64,000 nt of DNA from Octopus vulgaris (Eukaryota): NCBI GenBank assembly GCA_951406725.2, contig OX597828.1:61380001-61444000 (forward strand). The letters run 5' to 3'. Below, one piece after another: positions 13,753-28,360 of this stretch. The stretch's first letter is position 1. The number at the start of each line of letters is the position of its first letter. The translations under genes were made by a program, and so were the position numbers. The notes beneath the pieces are model-generated. The model was not told the origin of the DNA. It did not search any database and saw only the letters and a list, made by a program, of their open reading frames with translations.

Positions 13753-13874
13753 CTATATCATATACATATATATATATATATACACACATGCATACACCCT
13801 CCACACACATATATATATATATATATATGTGTATATATGTATATATACATAGTATATAGTTTTTAAGCAAGTGA

Positions 13875-14175
13875 CCCTGAATAGGAAGATCTACAAACAG
13901 ATCTCTGACTTGTTTGGGAGAATTTTTTGCAATTGCTTCCTCCAGAGTCACATCCTCATGATGATCGTATTCGTCGCAAAAAAATCATGTAAAAAAATCG
14001 CACGAATCCAAAATTTCAGGATTGTGGGTCCGGATTCGGCCCAGAATGTTTTAAATTTTTTCACGGAGTCAGCCTGATTCCAAAATGGTATGATATGCTG
14101 GGCTACGACCTCTAGGAGTAAAGTTGAAAAAGTGTGATACACTGACACATTGACATTCACATCTACTATATTATT
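13875..14175 (-). mobile_element. Possible Helitron remnant
   Basis: Minus-strand peptide DVTLEEAIAKNSPKQVRDLFV resembles the RepHel linker motif TL.EA....SP.Q.R.LF. Very short. Confidence 0.4.
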
Positions 14176-14191
14176 ATATTAAATTATTTTG

Positions 14192-14520
14192 AGGCGGCGA
14201 GCTGGCAGAAACGTTAGCCGGGCGAAGTGCGTAGCCGTATTTCGTCTGCCGTTACGTTCTGAGATCAAATTCCGCCGAGGTCGACTTTGCCTTTCATCCT
14301 TTCGGGGTCAATTAAGTACCAGTTACGCACTGGGGTCGATATAATCGACTTAATCCGTGTGTCTGTCCTTGTTTGTCCTCTCTGTGTTTAGCCTTTGTGA
14401 GTAGTAAAGAAATAGGTATTTCGTCTGCCGTTAGGTTTTGAGTTCGAATTCCGCCGAGATCGACTTAGCCTTTCATCCTTACGGCATCGATAAAATTAGT
14501 ACCAGTTACGTACTGGAGTA
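14192..14520 (+). mobile_element. Family B SINE plus a partial tandem copy
   Basis: ggcggcgagctggcagaaacgttagc head and Meta-like core. The segment gtatttcgtctgccgtta...accagttacg is repeated at about 14417-14520. Confidence 0.9.
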
Positions 14521-14776
14521 TATATATTCGTTTTGCGCTGAATCATAATTTCAATACGGAGCAAATAATTCAGGAGAAAATATTTGCGAAAATATTATTG
14601 ACTCAGTTAGTATCCAGTGTAGTCCAAATATTTGAATGTATGTTGAGAGATTGTCCGCAGACTTGATATACTTAGTATGTCCTTTGATTAATTTTAATAT
14701 ATATACATATGGTTTATATGTACAGAAAACAAAAGATAGAGACAGGTGATTGAACAACAAGCAGGTGAATTAGTTT

Positions 14777-14923
14777 CTTTCAGCTTCTGTCACCCAAAAC
14801 TACTCACAAGGCTTTAGTTGGCCCGAGGTTATAGTAGAAGCACTTGCCCGAGTTGTAACGCAGTGGAACTGGAACGGAAACTGTGTGATTGGAAAGTAAG
14901 TTTCTTAGCACGCAGCCACGCCT
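14777..14923 (-). mobile_element. Family A SINE 5' half, degraded
   Basis: Reverse-complement similarity to 12198-12355. Confidence 0.75.
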
Positions 14924-15174
14924 ACATCTACATAAATCTTGTATGCACTGGTCACTGATTAGTTTTATGATAGAAAGAAATTTATTTTGAGCTAAGGTGT
15001 AGCAATTGTGAAACTGAGCAATCTATTCGTTGCATTTATTGCATTTTGTACAGAGCTGATTTGATGAAGTCGAATAGCAAGATTCAATAAGTGTTTGTAA
15101 AATATAAAAATGGATTATAGAGTAAACCAAAATAATTAATATAACAGAGCTAATGAAACTGAACAATCCTTCAA

Positions 15175-15412
15175 ATATATATTTCTTTACTACCCACAAG
15201 GGGCTAAACACAGAGAGGATAAACAAGGACAGACAAACGGGTTAAGTCGATTACATCGACCCCAGTGCGTAACTGGTACTTAATTTATCGATCCCCGAAA
15301 GGATGAAAGGCAAAGTCGATCTCGGCGGAATTTGAACCCAGAACGTAGCGGCAGACGAAATACGGCTACGCATTTCGCCCGGCGTGCTAATGTTTCTGCC
15401 AGCTCACCGCCT
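15175..15412 (-). mobile_element. Family B SINE, full length
   Basis: Reverse complement of 14192-14415. Confidence 0.9.
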
Positions 15413-16509
15413 TAAGAATCCTTCAAATATAATGACGAAGAAGTGGTTCGTTAGCTAATGTGTAACAAGGAGTGCGAAGATTGTTGCCGCCGAATTGGTG
15501 TTAAAGCTATATTTCAGGAGACACAAATTGAAATCTAACAGAAACATTATGATTAAAACTTATTGATGTGGAATTCAAAATTGTGTAATTCTAGACAAAA
15601 AACCTGAATTGATAACTGTTAAAGTTATATTATTTCCATACAGTAAACATATTTTTCTTGGAGATTTGCTAACCCTAACTTAATGTGATTGAATTTGAAC
15701 ATAAGTTACCCGCCATTTACATTGATATGCTCCATTTCTCTTCTCATATTATATTCCTGGAACAACATCATGTACTCAGCAAAACACTCACAGCTTGATG
15801 TTGCTGCAAACGGAAGGTATTGCATATAATGATCGCACCAATATGTTTATTTTCCTAGGTTTTTAAATGGACTGTATAAATGATTCATCTGGATATTTAG
15901 AAATAATGTTGTTCTACCTATTTCCTCTTTTGGCATACCAGGTGGTGTTTTTCTTATTTCATAATTACAGAATTCCTTTATGGAAATATGTATAACTGTT
16001 TTGTTAATTGCAACTGTTGAAAACTTGTCTCTTAACAGATTAATTTGATTCCTAAAATGGAGTAGAAGCAAACACTTTACAACCATATCCACTTACAGAC
16101 GAATGAGTAGAAATAGTGATATACATTTCTAAGTTATAGTTCAAGTAAGGAAACGCCCTTCTAACAGAAAACTGATTTAAGTCTACATCAAACAGTGAGG
16201 CCGGATGATTTCCCCAACGCTTCATACATAGAAATATTTAAAACGTATGAACAAAAACAAATGCTAAAATATTAAATCCTGGTTTCTGGAAGTCTGTAAT
16301 TGTTTATAAACATGGGAGACATGTTTATAGATTTCATACAAAATATATAATATTGGCATAAAGATGGTTCCTTGTTGTTATAAGATTCAGACGATAACTC
16401 GTTATATTCAACAATCCTTTATGTTTAAATGAGAGATGTATGCAGAAAGGACATTTGTTGGGACTATCTGAGTTTACATATTCAAGCAACAACAACAACA
16501 ACAACAATG

Positions 16510-16989
16510 AATGCTCTGATGCAATATTGACTTGCATGGTTTCTCATCTTAACTGATTGGAAGTGTTATGATGTACATGTTCTGTATTGGTGTAAAAGAT
16601 GGGCTTCAACAAATATTCTGCTCAATACTATAGATTTGCCTCTCAGCTGTTTGACCTTAACCAGTTGTGTATGTCCGTTGATGGATGACGATATGTGCAT
16701 CTCTGATCACGAATAGAAATAGTGGGGGAGCATCATAGCTATATGTTGAGAGGAATTCTTTGGAGTTAGAAAAATTCACCGCTGGAAATATGGGTGTTTC
16801 GTTCAACATCCTTAAACAACCCTTATTCAGGGAACTTTTGAGCAAGATGGGCTACTCGATATGAAGAAGATTCTAACTGGGCCTCACCTGCAAAGTCATG
16901 CGCTGTTTATCTTGACATGAGATCCCCATGTCACGCACACATGGTTGTGATACATGTGTCTGGTGTACCCTTATTAGACAGGTAGTCAG
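16510..16989 (+). mobile_element. Longer copy of the probable Dong 3' UTR repeat
   Basis: Aligns by eye with 12991-13270 from agtgggggagcatcatagc onward. Confidence 0.6.
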
Positions 16990-16999
16990 TATGCTGCTA

Positions 17000-17250
17000 T
17001 CGTAGAAGGATTTACAATAGATGGACTTGAGGGTGCTAATGAATTCCGATCATGGATAACCAACAAGAGAGAAGAAACTCAACTTCGCATGGGATTACAT
17101 TGTCAGTCCCACCATGAAATTAATCACTTAAAAGACCAGGAAGTGCCATGAAAGTGGTTCAGCAAAGGTAACCTTAGAAAGAATACTGAAAGCCTAATCA
17201 TCGCTGCCCAGGATCAGGCATTGAATACCAACTCAGTGAAATATCACAAA
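17000..17250 (+). pseudogene. R4/Dong-type LINE ORF fragment
   Basis: Translates KWFSKGNLRKNTESLIIAAQDQALNTNSVK, the post-RT TE..I.AAQDQAL.T motif of R4/Dong elements. Confidence 0.8.
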
Positions 17251-17899
17251 TAACCAAAAGGAACTTATACAGTACCCTGCCAATCCACTACTCTTAGGTA
17301 TAAGACCAGCAGTTTTCTGGGAAGGGGTTTGTCGATATCATCAGCCATGGTAATAGGCTGGTACTTTATTTTATCGACCCCAACTCAAAGGGAAGAAAAA
17401 CAGTGCAATAGACAAGACAAAACACAGTGAGAGGTTTACGTAAAAGTACCTAAAAAGATTAGCAAAAAAGAAACAGAATTCCAACAAAAATCACGAAGAG
17501 ATACAGCTGGCTGAGGACATATGAGGAAATTCCTCAAAATTTGGGTTACCTTCACTATCAAGAGCAGGTACCTTCTCGTATCTCCCATGTCCTGCCTACA
17601 AGAACATGCTTTGAATATGCCCATTTATTTGTACAATTTTCGTAACTTACAACCAGTTTTCAAAGAATTCCCCGAGATGAGGGCAGAACAACATCGAATA
17701 ATAATTCTTTTGTTTTGTAACCGCACATCGGTGATATACTGGCCTCTGTGTAAAACACTCTAGAACACCCAGTGTATTCGACGTAAGACGAATGGAAAGG
17801 AGTTTTGGCTTGAGATTATAGTGGAGATCCTCTACCAGATAATGTCTCTACTAGACATTACTTCCCTGTTCATAAAGTGAAGTTTCGTGTTAGAGTTGA

Positions 17900-18445
17900 A
17901 ATCAGAAGATCAAGATACAACTTGTGTGGTACGGAAAGTCAGTTAAGCGTTTTCTGTTTTCATCAAAACACAGAGAAAAGAGTCCCACTGCTGCCGATAA
18001 CACAACCTCAGTATACAGCAGCAACAGCAGTAGTGAAGACAATGTGACCAACACCACAAGCACCAACACTAACACGAACAACAGTAACAAAACAAGAGCA
18101 GTTGGAGCAACGACAAGCACAAGAGAACGAAAATTCACCAGGTAGGAAAATCCCCACCTCAACTACTTGTTTATTACTCTTTCTATCTTGGTCGGTCCTC
18201 TTTTTCAAACGTAAACAAATAAACCAAATTCTGACGTCACGTTTCGAAGATAATACTATATTCTATTGCTGGTCACTCCCTTTCTATTTAGCTTGTATTT
18301 TTGTTGCCTGATTGGTTGCCAGCTTTTAATGTTCCTTAATAGTTAATTGTTGAAAATTGTTAGTAATTATTACACCACACCCTCCTAGTTGGAGAATTAT
18401 TTATTCTGGTCGCATACTCATTCAAACAGTTTGATTGGTCACCAA
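17900..18445 (+). promoter_or_regulatory. Candidate promoter or non-coding first exon in non-repetitive DNA
   Basis: Inr-like TCAGTT 17939, donor-like CAG|GTAGGA after 18141, CRE palindrome TGACGTCA 18232-18239, and two TGATTGGT (CCAAT) boxes at about 18309 and 18432. Motif evidence only. Confidence 0.25.
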
Positions 18446-18541
18446 CACTAATTGCCTTGTTGCAGGGTGTTCGTGATAAAAAAACCCTTCCTCCATGGAT
18501 CTATCATATTCTAGCGTACATATTCGCTAAAATATCAGCTG

Positions 18542-18572
<31 letters not shown>

Positions 18573-18577
<5 letters not shown>

Positions 18578-18715
18578 TGTGTGGTAAGAAGCTTGCTTCC
18601 CAACCACATGGTTCTGGTTTCAGTCCCACCTTGGGTAAGTGTCTTCTACTATGGCCTCGGGCCGACCAAAGGTTTGTGAATGGATTTGGTAGACGGAGAC
18701 TGAAAGAAGCACATC

Positions 18716-18784
<69 letters not shown>

Positions 18785-18790
18785 CATACA

Positions 18791-18852
<62 letters not shown>

Positions 18853-18893
18853 ATGTATGTATATGTCTGTATCTGTGTTTGTTCCACCATCAT
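18573..18893 (+). mobile_element. Family A SINE 5' portion
   Basis: tggctgtgtggtaagaagcttgcttcccaaccacatgg...gaaagaagc followed by the internal microsatellite. Confidence 0.85.
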
Positions 18894-18987
18894 TGCCTCT
18901 AATAAGCTGTGGCTCCGTAAAGATACACCCGATTGTTTTGATGTCACGATGGAAAGTTCTGATTCAGCACAAATACCTGATTTGGTC

Positions 18988-19038
<51 letters not shown>

Positions 19039-20899
19039 TTCATGAAATGGCAGACCGGTTCCAAAGCATCAATGGAGGTCTATATCGTGATGATTGTTTA
19101 CTTTACCTTCAAAATGCTTCTAACCCAAAAGTACAAAAGTTTAAGAATAGTTTAAGTTTTTCCGTAGAATGGGCTTAGGCATTCTTTTTGATGATGATGT
19201 AACGAAAGTCAACTTTTTATATATTACACTTATCTTACACAATAATTCGTACTTCCCATACCACAAACCATCAACCAATCTTAAGTATATTAGCCAATTC
19301 AGTAATCATTCTAGGGCAATCTCTAAGAACTTAAGAATATTTCACTTAGATTATCTAAGTTATCTTCTAATATTGACATTTTCAACGACAAGGCTGAGTT
19401 TTATAACTCTGCCTTACTATGCAGGCTATACAGGCTATACAGGCTATACAGAAACAGTTACCTACATTAATTCTATCCAGTCTTATTCTAGCTTTAGTAA
19501 TGGAGACATGAAATATAGTTGTAACAATAAAAATGATTTCAATTTTAATTTATACGCCAACACCAGAGGAAGGTTTCTTTTAATCCGTAAGGGAGACAAC
19601 CGTTATTTAAACCCTATTTTCATTCTAAAAGTAAATCGATGTCTTTTAAAGATAGTTACACTAAAAATGAGGCAGTACTAACAAAACTATTTGGTTGATT
19701 ATTCCTTATGGGAGGCAAATTAAATCTAATCTTCCTTTCCAGTTTCGTGCAGCTATTATTAAGAATTTTCCAAAGAATTCTAGATATTACTTGATTATCA
19801 ACTCGCACGCGGTTAGGATTGGTTTTCCAACACAAAAAGTCTGTCACAAATTATCTCCTCACATAATATTAGTTAAATAAGAATCCAATTACTAATACTA
19901 ACATTAATTTAGCTAGTACTAACCATCCCCCTAGAAATATTAATAATTAGGTTATTGTCTCTGAAGTCAATTCCAACAGAATTAAGTTATGTCTAGTAAT
20001 TCTAAGATTAAAAACTCTATATACCATTGTAAAATTACATCAGGTACCGATGTCTTTTTATATATAGGTAGCTCTTCTCAGTTATCTAAAGGAATTTCTA
20101 ATCATTACTGTACATTTAGAGATAGCAATAAACGCAACAGTATACAGGGCTTAGTAAATTTATTTGGTATCTAAAACACCATAATAAACAATTCAATTTA
20201 GATTGGTTGATTCTCTCCATTTCATTCCCATATGAGATAGGCAAAGAATTCGGCCAAATCTGTGATAGTGAACTATTTTCTAAGAATCCCCTTGTAAACA
20301 CAGTTATAGAGCGCGCTTATAATCTACCATTATATATAATTTGAACATTGATTTACCTCTTACATTTCACTTCCACCAGATATATCTTTTTCCAAGCCTT
20401 TAAGCTTTTATTTTAATTAAAATATCGTTCTATATTTCTCCTTTATTAGTTTTCTGCTTATTTCTTTCTTTTATCCCTTCTCTTTCTATAGGCTACCTTT
20501 GACGTTATATCTTCTCACGGTTTTGAAAAAAGAACTTAATAGCGTTCCGTTCATCATTATACACATTCATCACCTTCTGTTAAAATGTCTTATTGCTGAG
20601 TTTGGTTTCTTTCCTTCTCTGATGAGAAGATTACATTGTTTCACACCATTTTATTCCTTTGGAATGATACCAATCTTGTCTTCGAAACATATATCGGAAG
20701 TAAAAGAATTTGAATACACTTGCGTTTAACTCCATTTGTTTATTTATATATATTATACAAAATATTTCCCATTGACCTGGTCTTTCTACCTTCACAAACA
20801 GGGGGCTACGTCCTTACTTGTGAGATTTTTTGCTGCCCTGGTAACTTTTTTATTTATTTTTTCGTGTTAATTGTAAACAAGGGGAAAATACACACATCC

Positions 20900-20900
<1 letters not shown>
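18890..20900 (+). mobile_element. Decayed 5'-truncated Hydra-type PLE (RT, GIY-YIG, pseudo-LTR)
   Basis: [55 protein letters not shown], and IYHCKIT..LYIGSS..HYCTF. Hammerhead at 20614-20700. Confidence 0.9.
20614..20700 (+). ncRNA. Type-I hammerhead ribozyme with long stem II
   Basis: cttct-CTGATGA-gaaga...tcttc-GAAA-catata-TC-ggaag. Confidence 0.75.
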
Positions 20901-20956
<56 letters not shown>

Positions 20957-21110
20957 CATTACAGATAAAGGGTGAAATATAATTCATTTAATAAAATCAA
21001 CAAATTTCACCCAGTTTCACTTCGGTATGGAAAAGGACCATATTCGATAAAAGTTTATACAATTATAACAATTATAATTATAATATTATAAGACCCTTAT
21101 TGTTATAATG

Positions 21111-21220
<110 letters not shown>

Positions 21221-24200
21221 TGATAGATAGATAGATGGATAGATAGGTAGGTGGTAGATGTATATATATATATAATTCAATTTTGGGGGATTATTCAATA
21301 TGGGGGTATTCTATTTCAGATAATACAAAGTACGATATGTAGCTGCATATAATGCTGAAGGGTTATACCTGATTGATTTGGAAATTTGTTTTCCCAAATT
21401 ACTTAAATTAATCATACAACTGGTTCTACCACTAGGACTTCTTATATATGTCAGATATGGATCTTTCAGGTAGGATTGAGGTGATAGTGTGGTAGTCGTC
21501 ATTGAAGGATATACCTATTCCCAGCAGGAAAGAATATATACAGGGCCTAATTAACCAGCTAAAAAACTTTATAAATAGAATGAAATGGAAGGCTGACTGC
21601 TACAATAACAACAATCCTATTAAGAATGGAAGATATAGACTATATAAAGAGAAACTTCAAATCTAAGCAGGAACCTCCCAACAATAGAATTATACAGGAC
21701 TTTGAGGAGAAAATATGGAATATGATGAAAAAAATCAAATTCAAAAAATACATTAACAGACACAACAAGCACCTCAGCAACTTCGCTAGAAAAGTAGAAA
21801 TATTAAAGAACTAGGATGGAGTTATAGTACAATCTGATAAGACCATGGATTTATATAGACTGGATACACCACTTTATAATAAATTACTGGAAAAGGAAAT
21901 AATGAAAAAATATAAGGTAGTTAATAAAAATAATTTAGCTAATATTAACGTAATTTCCAAAACAAATCATGGTTAAATATGGTATTGAAAATAGAACTGA
22001 ACCATATGTCCCGATGCACCCAAGAATAACGATTAAAGACCATGAGGATAATTTTTACTCTAACCCCCCAGTAAGATTAATATTCCCTAGCAAGTCAGAT
22101 AGAGGTAGACTTAGTAAATTAATATTTAATATATATATATAGTGAAATTAAATAAGTTAGGTAACCTTAAACTCTGGAACTGTACCCGAGATACTATAAA
22201 ATGGTTTAATAATATTAAGGATAAAAATTGAAATAAAGAATTATTATTTATCTATAAATGAAGTGGTTTTAAATAAGGCTCTATCATATGCCATGAGAAA
22301 AGTAAATATGTTATTTGAAGAAGTCAAAATGGTGTTGGCCACGAGGAAGTCTATTATAAAATATAAACATAAACTATGGGCAAGAAAAGACACAAGAGAT
22401 TGTTTTGATATACCCATGGGTGCCCCGGATTCAGCCGAGGTTACTAATCTTGTAGGTTTATATCTCTTATCTGAACTAGAAAAAAATTTACGAATATAGA
22501 GGGTGGTCTTTATAGTGATGACCTACTACTTATAACTAGGAATTGTACTAATAAGTCATTAGAATGCCTTAAGAAGAAAATGTGCACGTTCATTACAAAT
22601 AAAGGCCGAGGGATATCTATAGAGAATGAGCATTATGCTGTAAATTATCTAGACGTCAACATTAATCTAGTCACTAATAAGATCCATCCTTTCCATAAGT
22701 TGAATGAAAAGTATATTAGTTCTTCAAGTAACCTCCCAGATCAGTTAAAGAAACTTTAATAAATAATATAGGTGACAGAATATCTATGGTATTCTATGAT
22801 TATGACACTTTTAATAAACATGTCCGATATTATAATGAAGCATTAAAAGAAGTAGGATACAACTCGAATATAAAATTCTTTAATTATTATGAACACATTA
22901 ACAATAATAATAACAAATATTCTAACGGTAAAAATATGAATAATAATAATAAAAGACAATATAACAAACTGAATAAAGATAAAAATAATATAATTGTTAA
23001 TAATGGTTACAATAATAATAGTAATATTGATAATGAGAATATGAGCAATAGTAAGAAACATAGTAAAGTATACAAGAAGAGATATAATATACCTAAGAAT
23101 AACAATTTAATACCGATGATGTCTACTAATAAGGATATTATAAAAAATAAAAAAAATAAAAAGGATATTATTGGGTTAATTGTTCCGTATGGGGGACCAA
23201 ATTATGACTAATATTATTAAGGAGACACTTAAAATAGTAAAAATGGTTTCTAAAAAGGACAATAGTTATTCAAATATATTTTCCAATAAAACCATAAGAG
23301 TGGAATACTCAACATCAAGAAATGTAGGCAATATCATTTCCTCCATAAACAATAAGAAATTAAATAATTATTATAAATAATAGCTCTAGTCATAATATAA
23401 TCGATAGTGATAGAAGTCTTAATCAACATATAGAAAAATGTTCATGTCGTGATAAAACTAAATGTAAGCTCGCTAATAATTGTAATATCGATAATGTAAT
23501 TGACAAATGTACAGTTAGCTCTAAGAACAATAATAATAAAATTATAAATAAGGTCTATATTGGATCAACAGCTAATGAAATTTAAAAAACGAATACCCCA
23601 ATACTACCAGACCTTTAAAAATCTCAATTTAAGTAAGTCCACAGGCTTAAGTAAATATATATGGGAATTAAAATCTAGAAAAAGAGAGTATACCCTTATA
23701 GGTAGAGCCCACTCCTATAATATTGGGAATAGAATGTGTCTATTTGTGTCTATAACAGAATTTATGAAACTACTACAGTCTAAAGATGAATAATTAAATA
23801 CATATGATGAACGTGGAGGTAAATGTAGGCACTGAAGCAATTTTATATTTAGTAAATGAAGTACTGAATCCCCCAACCCTTGCATCAAATAACCACATAA
23901 TTTTATTTCTAAAGCACTTGAACAGACTATATAAACAAAAAAATAATGCAATACTTTAAATAAACATATGAACTAAATATTACTCAAATTACATAATAAA
24001 AATTATATATATCTCCCAATATAGGTAAATTTGTGAATAAAATAATAATAGAGGATAATTTAAAATTAAAACTATGTATAGTGTAATTACCCCCATTGGT
24101 ACTAATCACCTATAAGTAACCATATCGTCTTCCTCTAATAACTATTTTAGTACCAGCAAAAAAGGGAGATATGTATTTGAATTATTCTTGTTATATATCG

Positions 24201-24510
24201 CATTTAAACACAGACAATTTTATTTTAATGTATAAATTTATATCTCACATTCTGTATTTGACAAATACTTGATTTTACATGATTGATATATATACTAATT
24301 CATATTTATAATGTATAAATTATAAATTTTAATTCTTAATATTACAAAGTATAATTTTAATTTATAATTTTTAATTCTTGATTATTTATCTTTAATGCTT
24401 AATCGTATTGCTTATTTTTAAAGGGATGTAAATTAGATATATAGTATTTCGAAAAAGAACCAGAACATGTGTTGGAATAATTGTAAATCTGACGATTGCA
24501 TATAACTATT

Positions 24511-24544
<34 letters not shown>

Positions 24545-24629
24545 TGTATGTATGTATGTATGTATGTATGTATGTATGTATGTATGTATGTATGTATGTA
24601 TGTATGTATGCATGTATGTTGTATGTATG

Positions 24630-24663
<34 letters not shown>

Positions 24664-24665
24664 TG

Positions 24666-24704
<39 letters not shown>

Positions 24705-24706
<2 letters not shown>

Positions 24707-25460
24707 CGGGAAGCTTTATGAAAATAGACAAAAGACGAAGGCAGGTTTACGGAAATAAACAAAAGACGAAGGCAGGTGGAATACAAACAAACAATTGTAT
24801 TAGTATGGCGCTCAGGAAATATAAATAAAACAAGTCTTTAACGTTTCGAGCCTACGCTCTTCAACAGAAAGATACACAGAGAAAAAACACAGAAAGAAGG
24901 AGAGAAAAAAAATATGCGTGCAGAGGCTAGCGAATCAACATGGCGATCTGATTTCGGCCAGAAGTCAAAGATCAAACATGAGACGCAAGAGCGAAATTAG
25001 GGGAGATAATAGGGTTGAATGACCTCGCTCCAACATAAGAGTGTGTGTGTGTGTATGAGAAGAGTGTGTGTGTGTGTATGGGAGAGTATTAGTGCGTATG
25101 AGAGGTCTGGACGTGTGTATGTATATATGATGTGATGTGTAAAGTCGTATGGTGTAGTGTAGAGAGAGGAGATGAGGGAAGAGGGGGGAGGGGGAGAAAG
25201 AAAGGGGAGAAGAGGGGAGAAGAGGAAGGGGAAGGGGAAGGGGAGAAGGAAGGAGAGGAGAAGAGGAGGGAGGATAGAGGGAGAGGGGGAGAGAGAGAAG
25301 GGGAGTGAGCGAGCAGAGAGAAAGAGGGAAGGGGAAGAGGGAAGAAGGAGGGAGGGAGAAAGAGGGAAGAAGGGAAGAGGAGTAGGGGTGAAAGGATGAA
25401 GGACTGAAGAGAAGTAGGGGTCGGGGGAGGTTAGATGAGGAGGGGGAGAGGGGGTTAGAT
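24705..25460 (-). mobile_element. Neptune-type PLE 3' UTR/pseudo-LTR nested in the preceding element
   Basis: Homologous to 33120-34190, which adjoins a GIY-YIG ORF. GA-rich tract. Inserted in (TA)n. Shorter tail fragments occur at about 9442-9520 and 14718-14775. Confidence 0.85.
24835..24872 (-). ncRNA. Minimal hammerhead-like motif, A6U variant
   Basis: Minus strand: tcttt-CTGTTGA-a-gagc.gtag.gctc-GAAA-cg-TT-aaaga. The paralog at 33212-33246 has CTGTAGA. Confidence 0.6.
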
Positions 25461-25477
25461 GTATATATATATGTATG

Positions 25478-25540
<63 letters not shown>

Positions 25541-25952
25541 ACAGTTGTGTATATGTATATATATTGTAATCTTCCAATACTGAAACACACAGTTCCTTCA
25601 TATTTAATAAATTAAAGTATTAACTAAAGTAGGAGATAATTAATGATGTATAATATATACCCTGCTGGTAATTTTGGTTATATCCTTTATGTATTATTTC
25701 GTGATGTGCAAACTGATAACGTAAGTTTACTTTCAGATATAATCATTAGGTTATGTTTTGTATTATCTGAAATACAATACCCGCTTGTCGATTAATCCCC
25801 CAAAATTGAATTAATACTGACTTTTATCAGATACTTTGTATATTTATAGATAAATATATGATAAATAAGACCTCAAAGTACGATATGTAGATGCATATAA
25901 TGCTGAAGGGTTGTAGCTGATTGATTTGGAAATTTATTTTCCCAAATTACTG

Positions 25953-26441
<489 letters not shown>

Positions 26442-26503
26442 TCCAAATATATAGTGCGTGTGTTTTTATTGGCTAAACTGGCAATATGACCATTCCGAAA
26501 TAT

Positions 26504-27067
<564 letters not shown>

Positions 27068-27186
27068 TATATATATATATATACATAGAGATATAAGCAT
27101 GCACAAATGAAGACATACAATAGAAATACAAAATGGCTGACGGTTAGTAAGGAGAGACACAAACAAATAAGAAATAAGAAAACAAA

Positions 27187-27229
27187 GGACCACTGATGCG
27201 GTCACAGGAGTGTGACGAAAGAACTGGCC
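27187..27229 (+). ncRNA. Degenerate hammerhead-like motif in a pseudo-LTR fragment (about 27095-27335)
   Basis: ggacca-CTGATGC-g-gtcaca.ggag.tgtgac-GAAA-gaac-tggcc. No valid UH triplet remains. The tail 27287-27333 is duplicated at about 26458-26504. Confidence 0.45.
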
Positions 27230-27328
27230 GAAATAAGATTAAGATTAATGTAAAAAATAAATATCACTGAAGCAAAATAACACCATGTGTGTTTTTATTG
27301 GCTAAACTGGCAATATGACTATTCCGAA

Positions 27329-27772
<444 letters not shown>

Positions 27773-27804
27773 TACCTACCTACCTATATATATGTGTGTG
27801 TGTG

Positions 27805-27882
<78 letters not shown>

Positions 27883-27894
27883 TAGAGTGAGAGA

Positions 27895-28275
27895 TTACTA
27901 TTTTAGTATTTCACTTGTTTAAATCACTGGATTCCAATCATGCTCCGGTCAGGAGGACGTTGATCGAGCAAATTGCTCTTGTTCTTCTTTTAAGGTTAGT
28001 ACTTAGTTTATTGGTTTCTTTTTGCTGAACCGAAAATGAAGAGAGGTATACTTAAACCAAACCCGGAGGGAGAAGACAAACTAAACACCAGACAGACAAA
28101 GACGCGCACACCACATACACTTATACATATTTGACGAGATTCTACACCAAATTCACACGAAAAGCACTGACTATTCTGAGTTTATGATAGAAGATATTTG
28201 TTCAACATGCTGCAAAGAAAAATTGACCTGAAAACCACATCGTTGCCAAGTGAACCTCATTACGACATAGCCATA
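27895..28275 (-). mobile_element. Old, degraded family A SINE
   Basis: Patchy similarity: cacttgtt..catgct, gatcgagcaaattg, tgctgaaccg, tagaagatatttg. Confidence 0.55.
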
Positions 28276-28322
28276 CTTGCTCCTGAGATTGCTTTTGCGC
28301 TTGTGTATGTGAGTGTGCGTGT

Positions 28323-28360
<38 letters not shown>

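Larger units (their letters stand above)
21274..25958 (+). mobile_element. Near full-length decayed Hydra-type PLE with direct and inverted pseudo-LTR segments
   Basis: IPIPSRKEY..FINRMKWKA, ITIKDHEDNFYSNPPVRLI.PSKS, CFDIPMGAPDSAEVTNLVGLYLL, GGLYSDD, and GIY-YIG at about 23450-23830, with many stops and frameshifts. 21326-21403 repeats directly at 25874-25951. 21274-21329 is the inverse of 25756-25812. Confidence 0.9.

Noticed and set aside
21500-23850. Selenocysteine or stop-codon recoding as known in some Naiad PLEs
   Set aside because: The stops are a mix of TAG, TGA and TAA with frameshifts, and the endonuclease is C-terminal; this is ordinary decay.
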